A DNA stretch of 64,000 bases from Mobula birostris (taxonomy: Eukaryota). Each line of letters starts with the position of its first letter. The stretch's first letter is position 1. The DNA is taken from the NCBI RefSeq assembly GCF_030028105.1, contig NC_092387.1, positions 20,469,590 to 20,533,589 of the forward strand. The letters run 5' to 3'. Made by a program: the position numbers and the translations under genes. The notes below the pieces were generated by a model, which searched no databases, had not been told where the DNA came from, and saw only the letters and a program-made list of their open reading frames with translations. Below are positions 1 to 12,384 of the stretch, one piece after another.

Positions 1-135
1 CCCAAAAACTCCACAACAGGGCTTCACTTCGCTGGTTGTCGGTAGGTCCTCTTGCAGTTTCAATTCACATTGCATTGGAGAACCAGGGCCAGTTCACTCA
101 GTCTGCTTGTGTGTGCATTTTCTACCTCTTTGCAG

Positions 136-243
136 AGCAGCGACTCTATTCCACAGCATCTGATGGAGACAGAAATATCCTTATTAGCTACAGGAAGGGT
201 GACCAACCCTCACGGTTAAAGTCTGCTGAGGACTGGATGAGAG
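136..243 (+). CDS. SEMA7A: Semaphorin-7A-like, internal exon (Sema domain; first exon in window)
   Basis: tttgcag acceptor and G|gtaagt donor; encodes QRLYSTASDGDRNILISYRKGDQPSRLKSAEDWMR; phase 1 joins next exon to give WMRDPKFVE (cf. SEMA7A VMQNPQFIK). Symbol marks family similarity; orthology unproven. Confidence 0.85.
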
Positions 244-1264
244 GTAAGTGTGACATTCCATTGCCTTGCCCCTCCTGCATAGTTCTCTTCCCTACAAACT
301 CCTCACTGTGTGCCTTTAAGTATTTCCTTTTCGGATCTATCGTTCCCCTTTCAACCTTCCTCTCGGAAAGCACCATGATCGTTTCTACGAGTGTCACTGG
401 TTCTGGCCTAGGGAATAGGTCTGAAACTTATTTGTCACGGAGCCCAGGGTCCAAAGCATACCCACCCCCTCCCTCCCTGTCATACTACAGGCTGAGGTCA
501 GGTCTCTCAGCACGAACTGGAAAGCAAAGCTTGTGTCTCTCAGCTGCACACCAGATAATTCACTTACTCCCAAGTTGCAGAAACGATTGTCATGGTGACA
601 TAATTATGCATCTTTAGTCTCTACCTTTATTTCCTTATTTTGAGCTCCCAGCTGTTGATTATCTGAAGGCCTCTTCCTGCCCCCCCACACAGACACATTA
701 CAGGATAGAGAACTGAATCAGCATCACTCGCATTTTATCAGGAAATAACCACGAAGATCAGCGCTGACCCCGGGCTTTCATCTTGGGATGTCTCACAGAA
801 ACCTGATGTGATCTTGGCTCCTGGTATTGTGCAGTGGTTCCTGATGGCTGCCTCTGAGAGCTGCCAGTTTCCTCGCACGCCCAGGAGGGACACAGTGCTC
901 ATTTATGTACCTCCTACAGGAGCTGGATAGCACTGAATAAAAGAGGGGACTGGGGGGGGTGGTCTTCCTCAGTTACTAAAGCAGATCTCTGTGTGGGGCC
1001 AAGGGAAAAGGGATCCTTCCTGAATCAGGGAGGGGGGTCATCAAGATCACAACCCCACCCGCACTGCCCGTCCAACTGCCACCTGCACCTTCTTGGGACA
1101 TCTTCAGGCCAGAGAGACACAAGTGCACCAACTCTCTGCAATTGGATGATGGGAACTCAGATAAGCTTGAATACTTCTCTTGAGCTTACACCTGGAAGTT
1201 TCTGTTCTGGGTTCAGTCAGAGCTCATTCTGTGGAGCTTCTATGTCAAGCTGGCGCTAATGAGC

Positions 1265-1530
1265 ATTCAAATTAGGAGTTAGCCACCAGCCCCTCAAAAT
1301 TGCTCCACTATTCATTATCATGGTTCATCTGATTGTAAACTGAGCCAAGCTTCCCTCCCTGTGCCTGGTGACCTTTCAGCCCTTGCCTGTCAAGAATCTG
1401 TCAACTTCTGCCTTAAATGACCTGGAGGAAGAGAGTTCCAAGGACTTATGACCCTCTGAGAGAAAAGAGTTGGAATCTCATTTTGTTCAAAGTGCATTCC
1501 CTATATATTTAAGCAGTGCTCTTCCTCATT
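1265..1530 (-). mobile_element. Old CR1-clade LINE 3' fragment
   Basis: Degenerate match to the 3' ends of the CR1 copies at 5070 and 31295. Confidence 0.5.
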
Positions 1531-1711
1531 TCCAGAATGGTTAGTTTAGAATTTCTGCAAGGTTGAAGAAGAACAACAGGAAGCCCACACCTTGACACCT
1601 TTCTTGAGACTGGAGGACATTTTCTCATCTCTGCTCCTGTGACATAAAGCTAAAGGAGATGATTCATTCCTCATCTGATTTGCTGTTGACAAGTCCCATA
1701 AAGTTTAAACA

Positions 1712-3126
1712 AGTTCCATTGTTTTTAAAAAAGGGTTCTAAGAATAAACCTAGCAATTATCAGCCTGTGAGTTTGACGTTAGTGGTGGGTAAATTGATGG
1801 GAAGTATTCTTAGAGATGGTATATATAATTATCTGGATAGACAGGGTCTGATTAGGAACAGTCAACATGGATTTGTGCGTGGAAGGTCATATTTGACAAA
1901 CCTTATTGAATTTTTTGATGAGGTTACTAGGAAAGTTGATGAGGGTAAAGCGGTGGATGTTGTCTATATGGACTTCAGTAAGGGCTTTGACAAGGTTCCA
2001 TATGGAAGGTTCAGTCGTTAGGTATTAATATTGAAGTAGTAAAATGGATTCAGCAGTGGCTGGATGGGAGATGCCAGAGAGTAGTGGTGGATAACTGTTT
2101 GTCAGATTGGAGGACGGTGTCTAGTGGTGTGCCTCAGGGATCTGTACTGGGTCCAATGTTGTTTGTCATATATATTAATGATCTGGATGATGGGGTGGTA
2201 AATTGGATTAGTAAGTATGCAGATGATACTAAGATAGGTGGAGTTGTGAATAATTAAGTAGGTTTTCAAAGCTTGCAGAGAGATTTAGACCACTTAGAAG
2301 AGTGGGCTGAAAAGTGGCAGATGGAGTTTAATGCTGATGAATGTGAGGTGCTACATTTTGGTAGGACTAATTAAAATAGGATATACATGGTAAATGGTAG
2401 GGCATTGAAGAATGCAGTAGGACACAGGGATCTGGGAATAATGGTGCATAGTTCCCTGAAGGTGGAATCTCATGTGGATAGGGTGGTGAAGAAAGCTTTT
2501 GGTGTGCTGGCCTTTATAAATCAGAGCATTGAGTATAGGAGTTGGGAAATAATGTTGAAATTGTATAAGGCATTGGTGAGGCCAAATTTGGAGTATTGTG
2601 TACAGTTCTGGTCACCGAATTATAGGAAAGATATCAACAAAATTGAGAGAGTACAGAGGAGATTTACTAGAATGTTGCCTGGGTTTCATCTCCTAAGATA
2701 CAGAGAAAGGTTAAACAAGTTGGGTCTTTATTCTTGGGAGCGTAGAAGGTTGAGGGGGGACTTGATAGAGGTATTTAAAATTATGAGGGGGATAGATAGA
2801 GTTGACGTAGATAGGCTTTTTCCATTGAGAGTGGGGGAGATTCAAACAAGAGGACATGAGTTGAGAGTTAAAGGGCAAAAGTTTAGGGGTAACATGAGGG
2901 GGAACTTCTTTACTCAGAGAGTGGCGGCTGTGTGGAACGAGCTTCCAGCAGAAGTGGTTGAGGCAGGTTCGATGTTGTCGTTTAAAGTAAAATTGGATAG
3001 ATATATGGACAGGAAAGGACTGGAGGGTTATGGGCTGAGTGCAGGTCGGTGGGACTCGGTGAGAGTAAGAGTTGGGCACAGACTAGAAGGGCCGAGATTC
3101 CGTGCTGTAATTGTTATATGGTTATA
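1712..3126 (+). mobile_element. CR1/HER1-like LINE, 5'-truncated ORF2 (RT) with 3' tail
   Basis: NYQPVSLT, QHGFVRGRS, DFSKGFDKVP, KYADDTK, YCVQFWSP, FFTQRV motifs; internal deletion near 2010; short TTATA-type tail. Confidence 0.95.
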
Positions 3127-4510
3127 AAGAGCACTCCCTCTGTGACAAAGATGGAGTTCACTTTACGGAGCACATTGCTCGTTTTTTCTGTGGCTGCCCT
3201 GCTGAAAGGAAGCCACCCTGTGCTGAACTAACCCAGAGTACCCAGCAAGCCAGGGCTGAAGTGTGGTACCCAGGAATATCTCAGCAAAGGCCGACTTGTA
3301 CTCATCAGTGAAGCAGTGCATTGACCACGTCTGTACTAAGTGATTAATAACAGGTATGCAGTCTTCCAAAAGGCACTGCAGGAACTCAGCTTCAGTTGAT
3401 GTCCCTTGGGAATTATTTGAGTTCCCTCCATCTCATGCCCCACACTGCCATGAGGATGCATTCAGGTTGCCTAGCATTAACCTGCAACAATTTCTGATGG
3501 TAAGGACCTTGGATTCCTGGTTCCTCTCCAGCTTTTGAATTCTCTGCATGATGCATCGTTCTGACTAACGTCCCTCAACATTTAGTAGTGCAACAGGAAT
3601 TGAAGCATTTTGTCTCCTGTAGCTGTCGAACTGACAAGGAACTTCTTTTCCTCAGTTTTGCCCTCTAAGAAGAACCTGACTAGTTGTTAATCTGCATATG
3701 CAGAGAAGGAGTCTCTATTTTCCTAGCATGCCCGGGCTGTGGTACCAAGCCTGGACCAACAAAGGCCTTACAGCTGAAGCTTTCAGATGGTTCAGTGCTG
3801 TGAAGTGGTGTCTTTGTAGGGACCAATAAGCTGTGGGGGTTTAGCAGCTTTATTGAAAACAACACGAGAGACCAGGCATTCAGAAAGGACTCCTTCATTA
3901 GTGGTGTGACAGAAGATCACATGGGCAGACTTCCACCACCGCTGTGGGGAAAGAGGAAGGATTTTCCTGGGTTTTGGTGAGATGTGTGACAACAGGACAT
4001 CAGAATAGTCACATTTATAATGTGTGGCATCTCATCTGTCAATGGTATCATGTCCCATTTTCATAATGTCAGTGGAAAACTGGGGGGAAGGGTTGGTGGC
4101 GTGTAGGAATCCCAGTCTTCAGCCTGACTCCTCTGGTAGAGACAGGACGTACCATGGTGTCATTTTTAAGAAGTTGGTATTCCTCTAAAATGTCCAAAAT
4201 GGACCATCCATTTATTAACCAGGTTTCTGTTTGTGGGATCTTACTGTGCACAATTGGTTGTCATGTTCCCTGTGACACATCAGCAGCGACACAGTAACAA
4301 CTATTCATTTGGCTGTGAAATCTTTTGGGATGTTCCAAGATCATGAAGGTGCTATAGAAATGGAATTTATTTTGTCACAAACTCTTGACTATCCTCCATT
4401 TCCTGAACCGTCAATTTCTTGCTTTCCGTGAGCTCTCTGACCTGTAGCAGACTTTCCTCCCACAGCCTTCACTTCATCAATTACCTGTAATCTCGCTTCC
4501 TTCCCTTCAG

Positions 4511-4632
4511 ATCCCAAGTTTGTGGAAATCTCACCGGTGGGTGACCTGATTTACATGTTCTTCAGGGAAAGGATTGCACAGGAAAACCCGGATATTGACC
4601 CGTGGATTTCACGGATTGGCCGAGTGTGTAAG
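4511..4632 (+). CDS. SEMA7A: Semaphorin-7A-like exon (Sema domain)
   Basis: cccttcag acceptor, AAG|gtgggt donor; PKFVEISPVGDLIYMFFRERIAQENPDIDPWISRIGRVCK has the Sema IYxFFRE and SRI.RVCK motifs. Confidence 0.93.
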
Positions 4633-4926
4633 GTGGGTGTGCCCCATGGACCATGGCCGGACTTGTTGCCATTTCCAGTTGGATCGTTATTCCATCGCTG
4701 GGAAGCTTCCCTCTGGCCTCTTGCTACACTTTTCAGGGAGCAGACCAGAGTGTGCGATTAGTCACCTATGTTCTATTGCCCCATTAACGTGAGCTGCAGA
4801 TCCAACTCCTAGTGCAGGGGATGATCCACCCTTGCCCTGGGACACTTCTGATATCAAAGGCTGCCCCTCACTTTAAGATTGAAAGCACACAGACAATTTA
4901 TCATATTTATGTGAATGCTGCCTGTA

Positions 4927-6114
4927 CACCCCATGGCCACTTTATTAGGTACCACCTATACCGACTGAAATGGCCACTGAGTGTATGCTTATGGCTTCTG
5001 CTGCTGTAACCCATCCACTTCAAGCTTTGATGTGCTGCGTGTTCAGAGATGCTTTCTGCACACCACTGACAGAAACATAGAAAATAGGTGCAGGAGTAGG
5101 CCATTTGGCCCTTCGAGTCTGCACCGCCATTCAGTATGATCATGGCTGATCATCCAACTCAGAACCCTGTCCCTGCCTTCTCTCCATACCCCCTGATCCC
5201 TTTAGCCACAAGGGCCATATCTAACTTCCTCTTAAATATAGCCAATGAACTGGCCCTAACTGTTTTCTGTGGCAGAGAATTCCACAGATTCACCATTCTC
5301 TGTGTGAAGAAGTTTTTCCTCATCTCAGTCCTAAAAGGCTTCCCCTTTATCCTCAAGCTGTGACCCCTCGTTCTGGACTTCCCCAACATCAGGAACAATC
5401 TTCCTGCATCTAGCCTGTCCAATCTCTTTAGAATTTTATATGTTTCAATAAGATCCCCCCTCAATCTTCTAAGTTCTAGCGAGTATAAGCCTAGTCGATC
5501 CAGTCTTTCATCATATGAAAGTCCTGCCATCCCAGGAATCAAACTGGTGAACCTTCTTTGTACTCCCTCTAAGGCAAGAATGTCTTTCCTCAGATTAGGG
5601 GACCAAAACTGCACACAATACTCCAGGTGTGGTCTCACCAAGGCCTTATACAACTGCAGTAGAACCTCCCTGCTCCTGTACTCGAATCCTCTGGCGATGA
5701 ATGCCAGTAATAGGTGGTTATTTGAGTTACTGCCACCTTCCTGTCAGTTTGAACCAGCCTGGCTATTCTCCTCTGACCGCTATCATTAGCAAAGTGTCTT
5801 CGTCCACAGAACTGCTGCTCATTGGATATTTTATTGTTTTTTTTTTACACCATTCACTGTAAAATTCTAGAGACTGTTGTGCCTGAGTTTCTGAGATACT
5901 CAAACCACCCTGTATGGCACCAACAATCGTTCCGCAGTCAAAATCACTTGGATTACATTTCCTCCCCATTGTGACGTTTGGTCTGAATAACAACTGAAGC
6001 TCTTGACCATGTCTGCATGCTTTTATGCATTGAATTACTCTCACATGATTGGCTGATTGGATATTTGCATTAATGAGCAGGTGTACCTAAAAAAAAATAA
6101 GTGGCTACTGAGTG
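4927..6114 (-). mobile_element. Tc1-like DNA transposon remnant split by a CR1 insertion
   Basis: TA-flanked inverted ends (ta-cacc..tggccactttattaggtac / gtaccta..aagtggctactgagtg-ta); minus-strand MGRKCNPSDFDCGTIVGAIQGGLSISET resembles a Tc1 transposase N-terminus. Confidence 0.8.
5069..5706 (-). mobile_element. CR1-clade LINE 3' fragment nested in the Tc1 remnant
   Basis: ORF 5159-5653 LYKALVRPHLEYCVQFWSP...FFTQRMVNLWNSLP with 3' UTR and tail. Confidence 0.95.
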
Positions 6115-6214
6115 TATTTCCGTCCATCTCTGCCCATGAACACTGTCTCACTATTTTGCTGTCTTATTGTACAATATTTATTTTGTCATGAGTGGTTGTG
6201 TTAAACAGCTGGAA

Positions 6215-6520
6215 GTAAGCCCTCTGCCCCACTGCGTCACAGCCCATCACGCCCATTAGCACTTGATTCTCCCTACGCTCTCACTAACTTCTCCCACAAT
6301 CTACCACGCACCCATACACCAGGGGCAATTCACAGTGACCAGTTAACCTCCCAGTCCACACACTGTTTGGGATGTGGGAGAAAACTAGAGCATCCAGGGA
6401 ACACCACGCAGTCACAGGGCGAATGTGGAAACTACACAGACAGCACCCGGGGTCAGAGTTGAACCTGCATCGCTGGAGCTGTGAGACGGCTCCAGTACCC
6501 ACTGCGACACGGTGCTGCCC
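6215..6520 (-). mobile_element. tRNA-derived V-SINE (HE1-like)
   Basis: Minus strand has a tRNA-like head (GGGCAGCACCGTG...GGTTCAACTCTGACC) and V-domain-like TGCTGTCTGTGTAGTTTCCACATTC...GCGTGGTGTTCC. Confidence 0.75.
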
Positions 6521-7151
6521 GCAAGTTAAGTGAAGTCCTTTTCAGAGTTGTGAACGTTTATAAGGGAGACAGAAGAACAGCACCTTCAGGACTCTGATAA
6601 GGACTTCACTTGCTGGAGTCTTGAAGATGGTTCAGAGGATTGGTGTGGTCCTGGTGAGCTGTTGGACCTGTTTCTGTTCTTTAACTATCTGCAACTCTAT
6701 TCACTTCAATCACTCCCTGTGGAGAATGTTCCATATTCTTCCTCCTCTTTTGGTAAAGGAGTTTCCTCTGAAGTCCAACTTCAATTTCTTAGTGCTGTTC
6801 TTGTTTTAACGGTCTCTACTTGTGAGCTCACAGAGGATTTCATTCGACCTTGGACTAAACCAAATGTGTAAAATGTCAATTATCTGGGATTGGTATTCCT
6901 CCTAAGATGTTACCAAGGACACTGTGTAGTTGTAAAATGCTATAGAGCCCTTTATTTGGTTATAAAGTCTTTAATTACTTTCCTGGTCAATAGATTTGTT
7001 AAGCATTTGCAAAAGTCACTTGTTATGATCCAGGATTCTGGTGGCTTAATGTGTTCTGATCACCTGATGGTAGGCGCTTTCCCTCTCTGGCTTTCCTCGG
7101 TCAACTGCCGATGTGATGTTTGTCACAGGTTTGGATCTGTTTTGTTCACAG

Positions 7152-7330
7152 AATGACCGAGGTGGATCCAGACAACGACTGCTGAGTAAGTGGACAACCT
7201 TTCTCAAAGCCCGTCTGATCTGCAGCAACCCTGCTGAAAACGTCCATTTCAACAGAATTGAAGATGTCTTTGTTTACAAGTCACCCCATGACAAAGAAGA
7301 GAGTGTGTATGGAGTTTTTAGCAGCAATTG
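7152..7330 (+). CDS. SEMA7A: Semaphorin-7A-like exon (Sema domain)
   Basis: tcacag acceptor, TG|gtgagt donor; NDRGGSRQRLLSKWTTFLKARLICSNPAENVHFNRIEDVF...VYGVFSSNW, the hallmark semaphorin KWTTFLKARL.CS motif. Confidence 0.96.
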
Positions 7331-7524
7331 GTGAGTCCCCAAATGCTGAACATGTTGAATGTAGAATGGTGGTAGCAAATTTAAAGGTGTTCCATCAAAG
7401 CCTGATACAGTGCACATTACATGGGCACCACCATCCCCATTCTCTCCATCCAGGTCTAATTGTTATTCTGGACAAATTTGGAATCACTTCAGTCTTCCCA
7501 GCAGTGAGGACTGCATTGATTTTT

Positions 7525-8865
7525 TAAAAATTCTAGCAGACAAGGTTAAGGAGAATCCTAAGGGATTCCACAGATATGTTAAGAGCCAAAGGACTACAGG
7601 GGACAAAATTGGTCCTCCGGATAGACATGGACTGATTAAGGATAGTCAGCATGGCTTCACGCATGGTACCTCATGTCTGACCAATCTTATAGAGATTTTT
7701 GATGAAGTTAGCAGGAAAGTGGATGAAGGCAAGGCGGTGGATATTGCCTACATGAACTTTAGTAAGGAATTTGACAAGGTCCCACATGGGATGCTGGACA
7801 AGGAGGTTCAGATCCCAGACATTGGGTTTGGGGGAGAAACTAGAGAGTGGTAGTAGAGGGTTGCCTCTCTGACTGGAGGCTTGAGGCTAGTGGTGTGCTG
7901 TTGGGTCCTGTGTTGTTTGTTACCTATATCAATTATCGGGATGTTAATGATAATGTAAAATTTGAGGATGGCACCAAGATTGAGAGTGTGGTGGACTATA
8001 AGGAGGCTATCATGGCTTGCAGAGGGATCTGCATCAGCTGGAAAAATGGCAGATGGAATTTAATGCAGACAAGTGGGAAGTTTTGCTCTTCGGTAGACCA
8101 GCCAGGGTAGGTTTTACGTGGTGAACAGTAGGGCATATAAGTGTGGTAGAACAAAGGAATCTGGGAATACAGATCCGTAATTCATTGAAAGTGGCATCAC
8201 AGGTGGATAAGGTCATAAAGAAAGCTTTTGGCACATTGGCCTTCATGAATCAATGTACTGAGTCCAGAAGATGGGATGTTATGTTGAAGTTGTATAAGGC
8301 ATTGATGACGCCTAATTTGGAGTATTATGATCAGAACCACACACCTACCTACAGGAAAGATGTAAACAAGTTTGAAAGTATGCAGGGAAAATTTACAAAA
8401 ATTTTGCTGGGTCTGGAAGACCTGAGCTATAAGGAAAGATCGATTTGAGTTAGGACTGTATTCTTTTGAACATAGATGTCTGAGAGGACATTTGATAGAG
8501 GTATACAAAATTATGAGGGGTATAGATAGGGTAAGTGCAAGCAGGCTTTTTTCACTGAGGTTGGGTTGGACTACAACCAGAGGCCGCTGGTTAAGAGGGA
8601 AAGGTGAGAAGTTTAAGGGGAACATGAGGGGAAACCTCTTCACTCAGAGGGTGGTGAGAGTGTAGAATGAGCTGCCTGCACAAGTGGGGCATGCAAGCTT
8701 AATTTCAACATTTAAAAGAAGTTTGGATAAGTACATGAGTAGTAGAGATATGGAGGGCTATGGTCCCAGTGCAGGTTGATAGGAGTAGGCAGATTAAATA
8801 GTTTTGGCATGGACTAGATGGGTCGAAAGGCCTGTTTCTGTGTTGTACTTCTCTATGACTCTCTA
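7525..8865 (+). mobile_element. Degenerate CR1-clade LINE ORF2 fragment with 3' tail
   Basis: KENPKGFHRYVK, QHGF..G.SCLTNLIE, FDKVPH motifs with frameshifts; ctctatgactct tail. Confidence 0.9.
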
Positions 8866-9275
8866 AATGTCACAAGAATGTCCTCTTTGGATCAAATGTC
8901 TTCAGGACCCATCTGAGCAGGAGGCACCTGTGAGAGGAGAACCAGATGATGTCAGATGTCCCTTACCTGAAGTTCACTCTACTGGAACTGCTCTTTGAGG
9001 CCATAGTTCAAGGGGCACTTCATCCCTGGGAACCAAGCATGGGAGGGTTCTGCTCAGTGTCCTACCACTAAACACGTTGGGATACATTGCCGGGACATCC
9101 TGTATATTGGGTCGTGGAGAGAGGATAGGTTCAGGTGTGTGGAGATGTCCTTAGAATGAGAAAGGGCTGAGTGGAGGTCCAGGAAAGGACTCAGTTTTGG
9201 GATCCCCTCTTTGAATCACAGTAAAATCTATTGGATTAAGAGCCTATTCATTAATGATAATCAGAACCAGACCTA

Positions 9276-9436
9276 ACAAGAGAAAACCTACAGATGCTGG
9301 AAATCCAAGCAACACACATGAAATGCTGGAGGAACTCAGCAGGCCAGACTTTATGGCCCGAAATGTCGACTGTTTGCTCTTTTCCATAGATGCTGCCTGG
9401 CCTGCTGAGTTCCTCCGGCATTTTGTGTGTGTTGTT
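9276..9436. mobile_element. Small fold-back Penelope-like terminal repeat insertion
   Basis: atgctggaggaactcagcaggccag followed by its reverse complement; flanked by 13-bp direct repeat agaaccagaccta (9263-9275, 9437-9449). Confidence 0.8.
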
Positions 9437-9482
9437 AGAACCAGACCTACACTGTTCTTTAATCAGATGTATCACTGTAATC

Positions 9483-10230
9483 CAGCGGTCCCCAACCACC
9501 GGGCCGCAGAGCATGTGCTTCCGGGCCGCGGGGAAATGGTATGAGTCAGCTGCATCTTTCCTCATTCCCTGTCACGCACTGTTGAACTTGAACATAGGGT
9601 CGCCAACTGTCCCGTATTTGCCGGGACATCCCGTATGTTGGGCTAATTTGGTTTGTCCTATATGGGACTGTCCTTGTCCCGTATTTCCCCTACTAGGGTA
9701 GAGCGTTCCTATGAAAGCGAAGAAGCAATTACCATTAATTTATATGGGAAAAATTTTTGAGCGTCCCAGACCCAAAAAAAACCTACCAAATAACACATAA
9801 AACCGAAAATAAATAACACTAACATATAGTAAAAGCAGGAATGATATGATAAATACACAGCCTATATAAAGTAGAAATAATGTACGTACAGTGTAGTCAG
9901 GAAGATGAAAGCAAAACCGATTTGTGGGGGAAAATAATCGGTGCGTATGCGCACATCACATGTGCACGTCACGTATGCGCGCACAGGTGCCTGCGCAAGG
10001 CATCATGGTCATGGTAGTCTTTCCTGGGGTAAAGTGTCCTGGGATTTGACTGCTACCTTTGTCCCTTATTTGGGAGTGAGAAAGTTGGCAACTCTAACTG
10101 TAAAAGACATATTGAGGTGAGCTTAACCCTACTTGAACACCCCCCCCCCCCCCCAACTGGGTCGATCAGTCTGCAAGAATATTGTCAGTATTAAACTGGT
10201 CCACGGTGCAAAAAAGGTTGCAGATTTCTG
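9483..10230. mobile_element. hAT-like non-autonomous element containing a second hAT-like element (9595-10096)
   Basis: Outer ends cagcggtccccaacc / ggttgcagatttctg with 8-bp TSD ctgtaatc/ctgtaatg; inner TIRs tagggtcgccaac / gttggcaactcta. Confidence 0.75.
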
Positions 10231-10654
10231 CTGTAATGGAACTATTGCATTTTTTATCAGAACCAGTCCCTGCACTGTAATGATTATACAATCCGATTCT
10301 TACTCTGAGATATTTATCAGGTCTAGACATTTCAAGGTAATGTCACTCCGAGCCAGTCTGTCACCTTCGTCATATCCAGACCTATATTGTAATACGTACT
10401 GATCTCCCACTCTCTGGAGATGAAACCCATAAGATATGGTGGCTTGTAAGTTATTCTTAGACAAGTTATCTAATGACAGTAAGAGAGATCAGATTAATTT
10501 ATTTAGCCCACGTACATTGTGAACTATGTTTTGTGCATTAGCAGCCCACACATCCTGCAGTTGTATAGGGGGCAGTGCTTTCGATAAGAAGCAACACAGT
10601 TTTTTCTCTTTCTCTCCCTCACTGAATACTTTTCTAATATTGTGCCTATTTCAG

Positions 10655-10766
10655 GAACGGAACAGCCGTGTGTGTGTACTCCATGAAGGAGATCAGCGAT
10701 GCGTTTGGACAATCTGCCTTTAAGGGTTACAGGGGCAGTGTTCCCTCCAACCCCAGACCTGGCCAG
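10655..10766 (+). CDS. SEMA7A: Semaphorin-7A-like exon (Sema domain)
   Basis: atttcag acceptor, CAG|gtgagg donor; (W)NGTAVCVYSMKEISDAFGQSAFKGYRGSVPSNPRPGQ, cf. SEMA7A WNYSAVCVYS...KGY..SLPNPRPGK. Confidence 0.95.
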
Positions 10767-11249
10767 GTGAGGGACTGCCAACTGGATATTTGACTTTTGT
10801 GAATGCAGAGTAATTATCCCATGAAAGCTGGGCTTAAATTATCTCTGTTTGAGTAATCACATTCTCATGGTGTTGCACGTGAGCAGTATAGTGAGGGGAA
10901 AATTGGACCAGTGCATGTGGATGTCAATTAGTAACTGTATTAACTCCCTGTCCGAGCCACTGCTTTAATGTCAGCATTTGTGATTCAGGATGAAAACTGG
11001 CAGAAGTTTGAGCAGTAGGGATTTAGAGGTGGGTGGTGTCTGGGAAAGGCTGCAGTACAATGGGAGGAGCTGGTAGGTGCAACACCAGGGACACAGTTCT
11101 ATTCACGGTAGGTGGGAGAAATGACAGAGCAGCATGTTTACATAGAATCATCATTAAGTATGTTTAGATGGCAATTTATAAAGTAAGTGAAGGATACAGA
11201 AGGTTTAACGGTTTCACCTTGGGATGACTGGATCCCTCCTTGCACAGGA

Positions 11250-11620
11250 TTACGTGGCTGTACAGTACAGAAACGGACCATTGGGCACAACCAGACCATC
11301 CCGGCATTTAAGCCCCACTCAAGTTTCTCACCTCGTTTCTCATCTAAGTCTAGCAGTGAGACTCTGTATCCCTCCACCCTGCATATCCCTGACCAGCTTG
11401 ATAATAAATACATCAACACTGTCAGCTCGGCCCTTCTCTGTGGGGGAAAGCTTCACGTTATCACTGCCCTTTGTGTAAAGAACCTTCTGAGTTCGCTAGT
11501 GTCTCTCTTGTTCTGATGACCTCCAGTCACGTTCTCCCCCTCGTGGGACCCTTCTCTTCAACACTCTGTCAAAACCTGCAAGCAATTAAAGGACTACAAG
11601 CACAGTAAGCCCTCAGCCTC
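11250..11620 (-). mobile_element. Old CR1-like 3' fragment
   Basis: Degenerate similarity to the CR1 3' region (reverse of the FFTQRV..WN.LP segment). Confidence 0.5.
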
Positions 11621-12134
11621 CATTTCCTGGAGAAAAGAAATTCACTTTCCTCATCTTGTATCACATTTCCCAATTTCTCCCTCACACATGCATTGTTTAA
11701 AGAAGAGACAGGAAAGACTGATCCATAACAGAACATCCGTCTCCTGTGCTCATCTGCAACTTCCACCTTGATCTGAGTTAGTTGATACAATGGTTGTTAG
11801 ATGGTACGCTGCAAAGACTGGTCTGGATTGTTATAGGACAAATTATCAAATAATTCACACTACCAAATCAGGCCTCCACACAATCAAATTAACCAAAGAA
11901 TGAACTTTGCTGATTGGTTGACTCAGCTTTTCCACCATATTCAGTGGCAGTCGCTCTCCATTGGTTTTGCTGGTCATTTTACTATCGTACCTTAACTAAC
12001 AATTCCAAGAAAGACCTTTTGACTAAATTTCAGTCCTTTTCCATCACTGCTTCTTTACTTCGTACTTTAGATTGGGAAGGGCTCCCTGACTTTCATCTTT
12101 GACTAACCTGTTTTGTGTCACAACCAATGACCTC

Positions 12135-12365
12135 ACTTGAAGGAGTCTTTATCTCATTACCTCATGTTCTCGTTATTTATTGCTATTTATTTATATTTGT
12201 ATTTGCATGGTCTGTTGTCTTCTGCACTCTGTTGATCTTTCATTGATCCTGTTATAGTTACCATTCTATAGATTTGCTGAGTATGCCCACAGAAAAATGA
12301 ATCTCAGGGTTATATATGGTGACATATATATGTACTTTGATAATAAAAATTTACTTTGAACTTTG
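12135..12365 (+). mobile_element. Rex1-like non-LTR element 3' end
   Basis: aaaatgaatctcagggttatatatggtgacatatatatgtactttgataataaa...tttgaactttg, shared with copies at about 28270, 42845 and 55190. Confidence 0.75.
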
Positions 12366-12384
12366 TTTCAACTCAATATTGCAG

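Noticed and set aside
36-617. 193-aa ORF as a stand-alone gene
   Set aside because: Only 136-243 is semaphorin-like and splice-bounded; the rest is intronic read-through
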